A DNA stretch of 61,690 bases, from positions 1-61,690 of the IMG/VR virus record IMGVR_UViG_3300048507_001022; one strand, written 5' to 3'. Of the stretch, positions 9,579 through 18,167 are shown one piece after another. Position numbers and translations under genes: made by a program. The stretch comes from a virus. Taxonomy: Duplodnaviria > Caudoviricetes. The notes under the pieces are model-generated. The model was not told the origin of the DNA and did not search any database. It worked only from the letters and a program-made list of their open reading frames with translations. Positions within the stretch are counted from its first letter, which is position 1; each line of letters starts with the position of its first letter.

Positions 9579-10270
9579 TGATTCCGAAAAAATTATTCAC
9601 ATCTTATAAGCCTGATTTAGAAAAATGTAAAGAATGTCAATCCATCGTAGAAAAATGGAGAACCCTAAATGAAGGGTTTGAGGTTCATTACTTTTCAGAT
9701 GAAGACGTAAGGATTTTTTTTGAAAATTTTAAAGTCGCGAAAGAAACCTATGAGACTCTTAATAATGGCACTGCCATAGCTGATTTTTTTAGAATATCAC
9801 ACATTTATAAAAACGGAGGAATATGGTTTGATTTCGATATGGAACCATTTCAGCTATCTAGCAAATTCGATCTAAAAGAATTAGATTGTAACGAAAATCT
9901 TTTCTTTGACCTTGGACATAAAAATATAAGTTATATGCTTATTTCCGGCAAAGAAAATAGCAATCTTTTCCTTAACGCAATTAATTTTATCTCAAAAAGA
10001 GTCTTGTCTTCCGCTCACTTAATTAAAGGGAAAAATATATACCCAGGCCTACAAGTAGTAGGTCCACATGCATTTCAAAATTACATATCAAAGGAATTTG
10101 AAGTTACAGCAATAGATGGGCTTTTTCCCGCTGATAATAAAACGCATCAATCAAGAAACTCCCTAGCATTTAAGTATCTAACTTGCTATAACCTAAATAA
10201 AAAAACCGAAAAATACTTAACCATATCAAACACTCATAAAACAAAACACTGGAGAGAATATCATATATGA
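9575..10270 (+). CDS. GT32-like DXD glycosyltransferase
   Basis: MIPKKLF, ADFFR...GGIWFDFD, GP motif. Confidence 0.8.
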   Translation: MMIPKKLFTSYKPDLEKCKECQSIVEKWRTLNEGFEVHYFSDEDVRIFFENFKVAKETYETLNNGTAIADFFRISHIYKNGGIWFDFDMEPFQLSSKFDLKELDCNENLFFDLGHKNISYMLISGKENSNLFLNAINFISKRVLSSAHLIKGKNIYPGLQVVGPHAFQNYISKEFEVTAIDGLFPADNKTHQSRNSLAFKYLTCYNLNKKTEKYLTISNTHKTKHWREYHI

Positions 10271-11643
10271 TTAAATTAATTATATTTGATCTAGATGGAG
10301 TGTTAGTTGACTCTCGCGAATTACATTACATCGCACTCAATAAAGCTCTATCTGAAATAGGTGATCAATATACAATTAGTAAAGAAGAACACCTTTGTAA
10401 ATACGATGCATTAACAACAACTCAAAAATTAAAAAAGTTAAGCGCCGAAAAAAATCTTCCAGAAAAATATCACAACAGAATCTGGAAACTTAAGCAGCAA
10501 AAAACATTACAAGAAATAGATAACTATCAGCGCGACTACAGAATAATAGATATTTTTAAAAAATTAAAATCGCAAAACTACAAAATTGCATGTGCAACAA
10601 ACTCTATAAGAGAGACTTCAAAATTAATGCTAATAAGAAAAGGTTTTTTTGATTATATAGATTTTTTATATTCAAATGAAGACGTCAATCACCCTAAGCC
10701 CAACTCCGAGATTTATATGAGGTGCATGTTAAGATGTGGAGCCAATCCAGATGAGACAGTTATCATAGAAGATTCTCATATAGGTAGAAAAGCGGCTAGT
10801 AGAAGCGGTGCGCATTTATGCGCTGTAAAAGATTCAAATGACTTGACATTTACTAAGGTAAATAATATTATACTTAACGCAGAGAAGCAATCTAAAATTT
10901 CACCAAAATGGCAAGGAGATAAAATGAATGTATTAATACCTATGGCAGGAGCAGGTTCTAGGTTTGAGCAAGCTGGATATACTTTTCCAAAACCTCTTAT
11001 TGATGTAAACGGAAAGCCTATGATTCAGCGAGTCGTAGAAAACCTTAATGTAGATGCAAAGCATATATTTATTGTTCAAAAATCTCATTACGAAAAGTAT
11101 TCATTAAAGCACACCTTAAATCTTATATCACCAAATTGTGAAATCGTGCAAGTAGAAGGCATGACTGAAGGGGCTGCCTGCACAACTCTTTTAGCTAAAG
11201 AATTAATCAATAACAACGAACCTTTAGTTCTTGCAAATTCTGATCAATATGTCGATTGGGATAGTAATCAATTTATGTACGCATCAATGGCGGATGATAT
11301 AGACGCATCAATTCTAACGTTTCATTCCACTCATCCAAAATGGAGTTATGCTAAATTAAATGAAAACGGATTTGTGGTAGAGGTTGCAGAAAAAAAACCT
11401 ATCAGTGAACACGCTACAGTTGGAATTTACTTTTGGAAGAAAGGTTCTGATTACGTTAGATGCGCGGAATCAATGATACAAAAAAACATTCGAGTAAACA
11501 ATGAATTTTATGTTTGTCCAGTTTACAACGAAGCATTATTAGAAGGCGCCAGAGTAAAAACTTTTCATATCGATAAAATGTGGGGATTGGGCACACCTGA
11601 AGATTTAGATACCTTTTTAAAACATGATATTAGTATCTCATAG
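10267..11643 (+). CDS. HAD phosphatase fused to sugar-phosphate nucleotidyltransferase
   Basis: N-terminal FDLDGVLVDS, KP, IEDS; C-terminal LIPMAGAGSRF...PKPLI, ANSD, WGLGTPEDL. Confidence 0.9.
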   Translation: MIKLIIFDLDGVLVDSRELHYIALNKALSEIGDQYTISKEEHLCKYDALTTTQKLKKLSAEKNLPEKYHNRIWKLKQQKTLQEIDNYQRDYRIIDIFKKLKSQNYKIACATNSIRETSKLMLIRKGFFDYIDFLYSNEDVNHPKPNSEIYMRCMLRCGANPDETVIIEDSHIGRKAASRSGAHLCAVKDSNDLTFTKVNNIILNAEKQSKISPKWQGDKMNVLIPMAGAGSRFEQAGYTFPKPLIDVNGKPMIQRVVENLNVDAKHIFIVQKSHYEKYSLKHTLNLISPNCEIVQVEGMTEGAACTTLLAKELINNNEPLVLANSDQYVDWDSNQFMYASMADDIDASILTFHSTHPKWSYAKLNENGFVVEVAEKKPISEHATVGIYFWKKGSDYVRCAESMIQKNIRVNNEFYVCPVYNEALLEGARVKTFHIDKMWGLGTPEDLDTFLKHDISIS

Positions 11644-12046
11644 AGGAAATTTGACTGGACCTAATCCAGAAAAAGAAAATCACCCAGATTACATTAAAGA
11701 AGCTTTATCTAAAGGCTTTGATGTTGAAGTAGATATTTGGGGAGATAAAGAATTATGGTTTGGTCACGATAAACCTCAATACAAATGCTCTCTCAGCCTT
11801 CTTATAAATAATTATCAAAAACTATGGATTCACTGCAAAAACTTAGTTGCTATAGATATATTATCAGAGTTCAAAGTTTTAAATTACTTCTGGCATCAAA
11901 ACGACGACTATACATTAACATCAAAAAATTTCATTTGGACTTATCCAGGAAAATATGTTTGTAATAAAAGCGTTCTTGTTGTAGATGACGCAAGAGAATA
12001 TGCTGGACCTATTTGCTTTGGTTTGTGTTCAGACTATATTCTGTGA
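11624..12046 (+). CDS. small GDPD/PLC-like phosphodiesterase-fold protein
   Basis: SHRGN, ENHP, DVEVDIW, GHD, WIHCKN, CSD. Confidence 0.7.
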   Translation: MILVSHRGNLTGPNPEKENHPDYIKEALSKGFDVEVDIWGDKELWFGHDKPQYKCSLSLLINNYQKLWIHCKNLVAIDILSEFKVLNYFWHQNDDYTLTSKNFIWTYPGKYVCNKSVLVVDDAREYAGPICFGLCSDYIL

Positions 12047-12915
12047 ATGATACTGATAAGCTTTTCTCAAACTATTTTGGCCACAATGAACACTTAAGTT
12101 CTAGTCAAAGATTTTACTATAAATTCCTCAAGAATCATCTCTCTACAATGGAGAGATATTCTAACACTGTATCAATAATCATACAAGGTCCATTAAACAA
12201 TAGATCTATAAACACAATAGATAATTATCTTAAATACGGCGAAGTTATAGTTAGCTGCTGGAATAACAACGATATATCAAAACTAGATAAATATAAAGAC
12301 AAAATAAAAATCGTAGTTAATAATTATTATGATGTTAAAGATTTGCAAATTAAAACAAATTTAAAAAACCCAAATATTTTTCAAAACCATACAACATTAA
12401 ATGGACTAAAAGAAGCTAGCGGATTTTTTTCAATAAAATTAAGATCTGACGAATCCTACCCTAACCTTAACAACTTGATATCTCGACTGAAATCAATCAG
12501 AGATTCTAAAGATGATCGCGGCGTTTATAATGATCATAAAATAATTACTTCTAATATTTATTTCAGATTCGACAAACAGGCAAAATTTCATCCCTCGGAC
12601 CATATCATTGCAGGCCAAACAAAACGCATGATCGATATATTCAAGAAATCTACTTTTTTATCTCACCAAAAAAACATAAAATTATCCCCCGAACAAATTA
12701 TATGTAAAGCCGCGATCGAAACATATTATGATCCAATAAATAAAAAACATGACTACTTAGATAATGCAAGATCAATAGAGTTAATGAAAAAGCATTTTGA
12801 TATCATAAGAATAAATAGTTTACCCAATTGTATATGGACATCTAGCTATAGAAAATATGATCCATTAAGAGCAGAAGAAGTATGGTGTCATGATATAAAT
12901 CAACTAGATAAATAA
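12043..12915 (+). CDS. WavE-like glycan synthesis protein
   Basis: SIIIQGP, IVSCW, N..FQ..TTLNGL, KLRSDE, FHPSDHIIAG, PEQ; GTG start overlapping upstream TGA assumed. Confidence 0.65.
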   Translation: MNDTDKLFSNYFGHNEHLSSSQRFYYKFLKNHLSTMERYSNTVSIIIQGPLNNRSINTIDNYLKYGEVIVSCWNNNDISKLDKYKDKIKIVVNNYYDVKDLQIKTNLKNPNIFQNHTTLNGLKEASGFFSIKLRSDESYPNLNNLISRLKSIRDSKDDRGVYNDHKIITSNIYFRFDKQAKFHPSDHIIAGQTKRMIDIFKKSTFLSHQKNIKLSPEQIICKAAIETYYDPINKKHDYLDNARSIELMKKHFDIIRINSLPNCIWTSSYRKYDPLRAEEVWCHDINQLDK

Positions 12916-12918
12916 AAG

Positions 12919-12946
12919 TTGATAAAACTAATATTGTTTATATAAT
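12919..12946 (+). promoter_or_regulatory. sigma70-type promoter, near-leaderless
   Basis: TTGATA-16 nt-TATAAT, then 5 nt, then ATG 12952. Confidence 0.65.
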
Positions 12947-12951
12947 CATGC

Positions 12952-13509
12952 ATGAGTATTTCATTATATAAACCAAATAGTAAAAACACAGGTTGCGCAT
13001 TTAATTTTAAAATGGGAGTCAACAAAAAAAAGGAACCAGTAATTTATGTTAGCGCTATTCAACAATATAGTTGGGACGAAAAACGAAAAACTGGTAACTT
13101 TTCTGGAAATCGAGATGACGCAGAAAAAAAGATAAACGTTAAATTTTCAGAGTTTGAAATCGGGGGATTTATTAGCGCTTTTTCTAATCGTCATGAATAC
13201 TCTACATTTCATAGCTACGAAGACAACAAGACTAGCATAAAATGTGTTCCATGGGACAAACAAGTTAAAAGCGGATCTGAATCTATTGTGGTTCCTGCAT
13301 TTGGAATTACTTTAACCAGAAATGGAAACCAAACATTTCGCGTACCACTTGAACCAGGAGAAGTAGAGGGATTAAAATCTTTTTTTGACTTTTACCTCAA
13401 AGAACTTTACAGACATCGCAGGAAAGTTGAAATTGCTCAATATCAAAAATCTTTAGAAAAAGATGAGTCCCCAGCAGAAGCTCAAGAGACTTCTGAGGCT
13501 CCCTTTTAA
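12952..13509 (+). CDS. Whirly/PC4-like ssDNA-binding protein
   Basis: Collinear motif matches to plant Whirly (see findings); acidic tail ending SEAPF. Confidence 0.6.
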   Translation: MSISLYKPNSKNTGCAFNFKMGVNKKKEPVIYVSAIQQYSWDEKRKTGNFSGNRDDAEKKINVKFSEFEIGGFISAFSNRHEYSTFHSYEDNKTSIKCVPWDKQVKSGSESIVVPAFGITLTRNGNQTFRVPLEPGEVEGLKSFFDFYLKELYRHRRKVEIAQYQKSLEKDESPAEAQETSEAPF

Positions 13510-15416
13510 TGAAGAAGAAAAAAATATTAATACATAGCAATCATTGCAAAGCGTTTACTGGTTTCGGTAAACACACTAAAAATATACTTATTCACTTATA
13601 CAAAACGGGTAAGTATGATATTGTTGAGTTTTCAAATGGGGTAAGGTGGGGAGATGAATCATTAAAAACTTTACCATGGAAATGTGAAGGATCTCTACCT
13701 AACGATCCCGCAATACTTAGTCAACTTAATAAAGATCCTAATTTAGGTAGAGCTGCCACATACGGCTCCCACACAATCGACAAATTCATAGAACAAGAGA
13801 AACCCGACGTTTATATCGGTATAGAGGATATATGGGCTTTCTCAGGCTTTACGGATAGGCAGTGGTGGAATAAGATAAACTGCATGATTTGGACTACTCT
13901 CGATAGCCTTCCTATCTTACCTGATGCAGTAAAAAATGCGCCTAAAATAGAAAACTATTATGTTTGGGCTTCTTTCGCTGAAAAAGCCATGAAAGAATTA
14001 GGTCACGATCATGTAAAAACATTACATGGAGCATTAGACACTCAAAACTTCTTTCGATTAAAAGATGAACAAAGATTACAATTAAGAAAAAATAATAATA
14101 TATCAGAGAATGATTTTATTATTGGATTTGTATTCAGAAACCAATTAAGAAAAAGTGTTTCTAATTTATTAGAAGGATTTAAAATATTTTGCCAACAAAA
14201 TCCAGAATCAAATGCAAAACTACTTTTACATACTCACTGGAAAGAAGGTTGGGATATACCTAGATTATTAAAAGAAAAAAATATTGATCCTAAAAGAGTA
14301 TTAACAACATATGTTTGTAAACAATGCAGACAGTATGAAGTAAAACCTTATACAGAAGAAGGTGTTGATTGTAAATATTGTGGTTCAAAGAAATCTCAGG
14401 TAACTACTAGCACTAAGGCTGGAGTTACTGAACCTCAATTAAATGAAATTTATAATTTAATGGATGTTTATTGTCACCCATTTACTAGTGGTGGCCAAGA
14501 AATACCTATTCAAGAAGCTAAATTAACAGAGTTAGTAACATTGGCAACAAACTATAGTTGTGGAGAAGATTGCTGCACACCAGAAAGTGCAGGGCTTCCA
14601 TTATCGTGGACTGAATACCGTGAACCTGGTACTCAATTTATTAAAGCTAGTACAGATCCCAATAGTATCGCCAGTCAATTAAGGAAAGTTTTCAATATGA
14701 ATAAAAAGAAACTCTCAGAGCTTGGAAAGAAAGCTCGAGATTTCGTTATTGAAAACTATAGTATTGAATCTATTTGTGAAAAACTTGAGAAAATTATTGA
14801 TAACATGCCCGAAAAATCTTGGGATTTTAATTTCAAGAAGGAAGAAAAAGATGCAAGTTATAATCCTCCAGAAATAGAAAGTGACTCGGATTGGATTAAA
14901 GATATATATAAAAATATATTAAAACTAGATATTACAGAAAGTGATGAAGGTTACAAACATTGGATGTCTAGATTAAATTCAGAGCTCAAACGAGAAGACA
15001 TATTAAAACATTTTCATAAAGTTGCTGAAATTGAAAACCAAAAAAATGCAAAAATAGAATTCGAAGAATTACTAGACAAGGATGATGAAGGAAATAGATT
15101 ATTAATTTCCATGCCAGAGAGTATTGGCGACGTATATATGTGCACATCTTTACTTAAAAATATAAAAACAACATATCCAGAATATAATATTTATTTCGCA
15201 ACAAAACCAGAATACTTTGAAATATTAGATGGAAATAAATATATACATAAATGCATTCCGTATAATAAAGCTCTTGATCGCCTAACAGCAATGGAAGGTC
15301 AAGGTAATCATAAAGGATTTTTTGAAATAGCATTCTTACCATTTATTGGGACTCAACGAATGCTCAATTATATTCATAACGGCAAAGATAAAATACAATT
15401 TGATTTATGCACTTAG
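13509..15416 (+). CDS. multidomain glycosyltransferase: GT4, Zn ribbon, DUF4214-like helical domain, GT9 N-terminal half
   Basis: TGFG, RNQLRKS, SGGQEIPIQEA; CKQC..CKYC; WIKDIYKNIL..DEGYKHW; ISMPESIGDVY. Confidence 0.75.
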   Translation: MKKKKILIHSNHCKAFTGFGKHTKNILIHLYKTGKYDIVEFSNGVRWGDESLKTLPWKCEGSLPNDPAILSQLNKDPNLGRAATYGSHTIDKFIEQEKPDVYIGIEDIWAFSGFTDRQWWNKINCMIWTTLDSLPILPDAVKNAPKIENYYVWASFAEKAMKELGHDHVKTLHGALDTQNFFRLKDEQRLQLRKNNNISENDFIIGFVFRNQLRKSVSNLLEGFKIFCQQNPESNAKLLLHTHWKEGWDIPRLLKEKNIDPKRVLTTYVCKQCRQYEVKPYTEEGVDCKYCGSKKSQVTTSTKAGVTEPQLNEIYNLMDVYCHPFTSGGQEIPIQEAKLTELVTLATNYSCGEDCCTPESAGLPLSWTEYREPGTQFIKASTDPNSIASQLRKVFNMNKKKLSELGKKARDFVIENYSIESICEKLEKIIDNMPEKSWDFNFKKEEKDASYNPPEIESDSDWIKDIYKNILKLDITESDEGYKHWMSRLNSELKREDILKHFHKVAEIENQKNAKIEFEELLDKDDEGNRLLISMPESIGDVYMCTSLLKNIKTTYPEYNIYFATKPEYFEILDGNKYIHKCIPYNKALDRLTAMEGQGNHKGFFEIAFLPFIGTQRMLNYIHNGKDKIQFDLCT

Positions 15417-16582
15417 TAGAACAATATGCGTTAAGTTGTGGGGTTAAAATTGATCAGCCTCATATAGAGCAATCTTATTATCCAATTATACATGATAAGT
15501 TTATAACTCTTCATGCTAGTAGCGGTATGGGTTCCAAAAATTATGATTACTATAAAGATGTAATTGAAATGATCATGCCTTATCTACAAGAGCAAGACAT
15601 ACAAATTATTCAAATCGGAGATAAAAAAGATCAAAAAATTAATGGATGCATAGATTATTGCGGAGCAACAAATTTAAAACAAAGCGCGTATTTAATTAAT
15701 AAAGCTCTTCTTCATTTCGGAAATGATTCGTTTAGTGCTCATGTAGCTTCGGGTTTTGATACTAAATTAGTTTGCTTGTATAGTATCTTATATAAAGAAT
15801 GCTGCGGACCATATTGGGGAAATAAAGAAAATCAGACTTTAATAGAGTCAGACAGAATGGGCCTCAAGCCATCCTTCTCCAATAAAGAAGCTATTAAAAT
15901 GGTTAACCGAATCAAACCTGAACAGGTAGCCTCAGCAGTATTAGATCTTCTTGATATATCTCATACGATAAACAAGATAGAAACAATTCATATTGGTAAA
16001 GAATATCATCTTCCAACAATTTCTGTAATACCGAATCATGTTATGCCTAAAAGTTTTGCGGCTGGTCAAGCAGTCAATATTCTTGGAGATGAATGTTTCG
16101 AACCTCAAAATATTGCCCACTGGGCAAACAATAGAATCGCGAATATCTTTATAGATCAGCCAATTAAAATAAACTATCTTAAACTTATACAAAAATTCAT
16201 ACATCAGATAAACTACTATGTATCAATGGATACCGATATATCTTATATAAATAGCGTTAAAAATATAGGAATAAAAATCAATCTATTATGCAAAGATGAA
16301 AATATATTAAATGATTTAAAAATTAAATTTTTTGATGATGGAGTAAAACTTGTAAAGAAAAAAACAAAAAAAGATCTTGACAACATAGATTTAATATGCG
16401 ATAATAGTCGTTATAAAAATTCAAAGAAAATTATTTCTAACGGGAAAATCTATTCCAGTAAAGCCGCATATTCCCAAGGCTTAGAAGGAGATCATGACAA
16501 AATCATTGATTGTGATGAATTCTGGGAAGAACTGGATACAATAAAAATTTATAATGACACCAACACAAACAGCGACAGATAA
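15407..16582 (+). CDS. GT9 C-terminal half plus unknown domain
   Basis: HLVEQYA, ITLHASSG, IIQIG, GATNLKQSAYLI, GNDSFSAHVA. Confidence 0.7.
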   Translation: MHLVEQYALSCGVKIDQPHIEQSYYPIIHDKFITLHASSGMGSKNYDYYKDVIEMIMPYLQEQDIQIIQIGDKKDQKINGCIDYCGATNLKQSAYLINKALLHFGNDSFSAHVASGFDTKLVCLYSILYKECCGPYWGNKENQTLIESDRMGLKPSFSNKEAIKMVNRIKPEQVASAVLDLLDISHTINKIETIHIGKEYHLPTISVIPNHVMPKSFAAGQAVNILGDECFEPQNIAHWANNRIANIFIDQPIKINYLKLIQKFIHQINYYVSMDTDISYINSVKNIGIKINLLCKDENILNDLKIKFFDDGVKLVKKKTKKDLDNIDLICDNSRYKNSKKIISNGKIYSSKAAYSQGLEGDHDKIIDCDEFWEELDTIKIYNDTNTNSDR

Positions 16583-17378
16583 CTCAGTAACATTCGAATC
16601 AGAAATTAAAACAAAACCACGCAAAACAAAACTGCCTAAAAATTACGCAGAAGGACCTGGTAAATTCAAGAGAAACGAATTTGGGTTATTAGATTATGTT
16701 GATTATTCTTTTGCGGAAGATGGATCAGTAAATTGGAGATCAATGATTAAAGATGAGCATTTATTTCCGAATCGTTCATGGTTTGATTTAAGAAAGAAAG
16801 ATATGCCGCGAACAATTGACGGACTAGGTGATCATCAACTTTTGATCAAACTTAGCGGTATCAAAGAACTTGCAAAGCTTAGGGGTTTTTCTGATGTATC
16901 ATATGAGACTGTAAAGTGTGAAGCAGATCATGTAGCAGTTATATGTAAAGTAACATTTTTACCCAACTATGAAACCGGAGGTAAGTTAGTCACTTTTCAA
17001 GATATGGCTAATGCTACATTAGATAATACAAGTAGTTTCGCGACAAAGTTTTTAGAAACTATTGCTTGTAATCGAGCATTTGTACGATGCGTAAGAAATT
17101 TTCTTAATGTTCATATCGTAGGAGACGATGAAATAGATAAATCCAATAACAAGCCAAACAACTCATCTAGTTCAGCGCCGTCATTAAATCCACATTCTAT
17201 GGTAGAAAATTTAGCAAAAGATAAATTAAACTGCTCTAGTTTTGAAGAATTTAAAGTTGTATTGCGAGACTGGTGGAGTACAGGTAAGTATAAGAATAAT
17301 GAAGTTAAAGACTGGAATGATTACTCAGATATTCCCGCAACTCACGCCAGAATACTTATGAAACTAATGAACGATTAA
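16554..17378 (+). CDS. Rad52/Sak-like single-strand annealing protein
   Basis: IKLSGIKELA, FQDMANA, ETIACNRAFVRCVR helix resembling the annealase fold. Confidence 0.5.
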   Translation: MTPTQTATDNSVTFESEIKTKPRKTKLPKNYAEGPGKFKRNEFGLLDYVDYSFAEDGSVNWRSMIKDEHLFPNRSWFDLRKKDMPRTIDGLGDHQLLIKLSGIKELAKLRGFSDVSYETVKCEADHVAVICKVTFLPNYETGGKLVTFQDMANATLDNTSSFATKFLETIACNRAFVRCVRNFLNVHIVGDDEIDKSNNKPNNSSSSAPSLNPHSMVENLAKDKLNCSSFEEFKVVLRDWWSTGKYKNNEVKDWNDYSDIPATHARILMKLMND

Positions 17379-18145
17379 CGTTCTTTTAATTCTTTTATTT
17401 CTGCGCGCATTTCTTCAATAATTTTTTGTTGGTCTTGTATTGCTCCAACCAGCAAAGGAATAACCTTTTCGTACTTCATTGCTAAATAACCATCAGGTCT
17501 TTCGCTTACAATCTCTGGAGCAATACCACTAACCTCTTGAGCTATTAAACCTATATCGTGACCATAATATCTACTTTGATTATCGGACCAATCGAACTCA
17601 ATAGGATTTAAAGATTGAATTTTATTCAAAGAGCCTGACAAATAAGTTATGTTATCCTTTAATCTTTCATCTGAAGAGGCAAATGCGATGACATCATCGG
17701 TAGCTTCTATTTTCCCATCAACAAATATGTCACCGACTATAGACATGCCATTTGAAGTTTGTATCTGTCCATTAAGAGTTAAATCTCCATACAAATCTAA
17801 GCCCATTCTGGCCTCTATAGGGCCATAAACATGAAGTCCATTATTACACCCTAAATATATCGCATCACTTAGTAAAGGTTTCGAAGGATCATTTGTTCTA
17901 AATCCATCACCAATAATATGAGTATTATAATTACCTACAATTTTATTATAAGCTCCATTTATTATTGTACATCTCCTAGAATTAATAATTTCATTATTTA
18001 CTCCCTGTATAATTGCATTGCTAGGTTCATAACCTGAAAGAGTATTAAATTCATTGCCTGGAGGAGTAAATTCAAAACTACCTGGATCATAAAATGATAA
18101 AGGTGAATCTTTAATCGTCGAGGGTATATTAACTGGATCAGACAT
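17375..18145 (-). CDS. tail fibre/spike protein with S74 intramolecular chaperone
   Basis: SSDERLKDNI, GLIAQEV, YEKVIPLLVGAIQ plus terminal coiled coil. Confidence 0.9.
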   Translation of the reverse strand: MSDPVNIPSTIKDSPLSFYDPGSFEFTPPGNEFNTLSGYEPSNAIIQGVNNEIINSRRCTIINGAYNKIVGNYNTHIIGDGFRTNDPSKPLLSDAIYLGCNNGLHVYGPIEARMGLDLYGDLTLNGQIQTSNGMSIVGDIFVDGKIEATDDVIAFASSDERLKDNITYLSGSLNKIQSLNPIEFDWSDNQSRYYGHDIGLIAQEVSGIAPEIVSERPDGYLAMKYEKVIPLLVGAIQDQQKIIEEMRAEIKELKER

Positions 18146-18167
18146 AATTATATTTTCATTAAATTTA

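Noticed and set aside
15395-15416. Frameshift joining the two GT9 halves
   Set aside because: In-frame TGA two codons before the downstream ATG and no slippery site in the overlap
5007-16582. Bacterial LPS or capsule locus, i.e. host DNA or a chimeric contig
   Set aside because: No transport or polymerase genes; shares promoter style and gene overlaps with the phage genes and is interleaved with them
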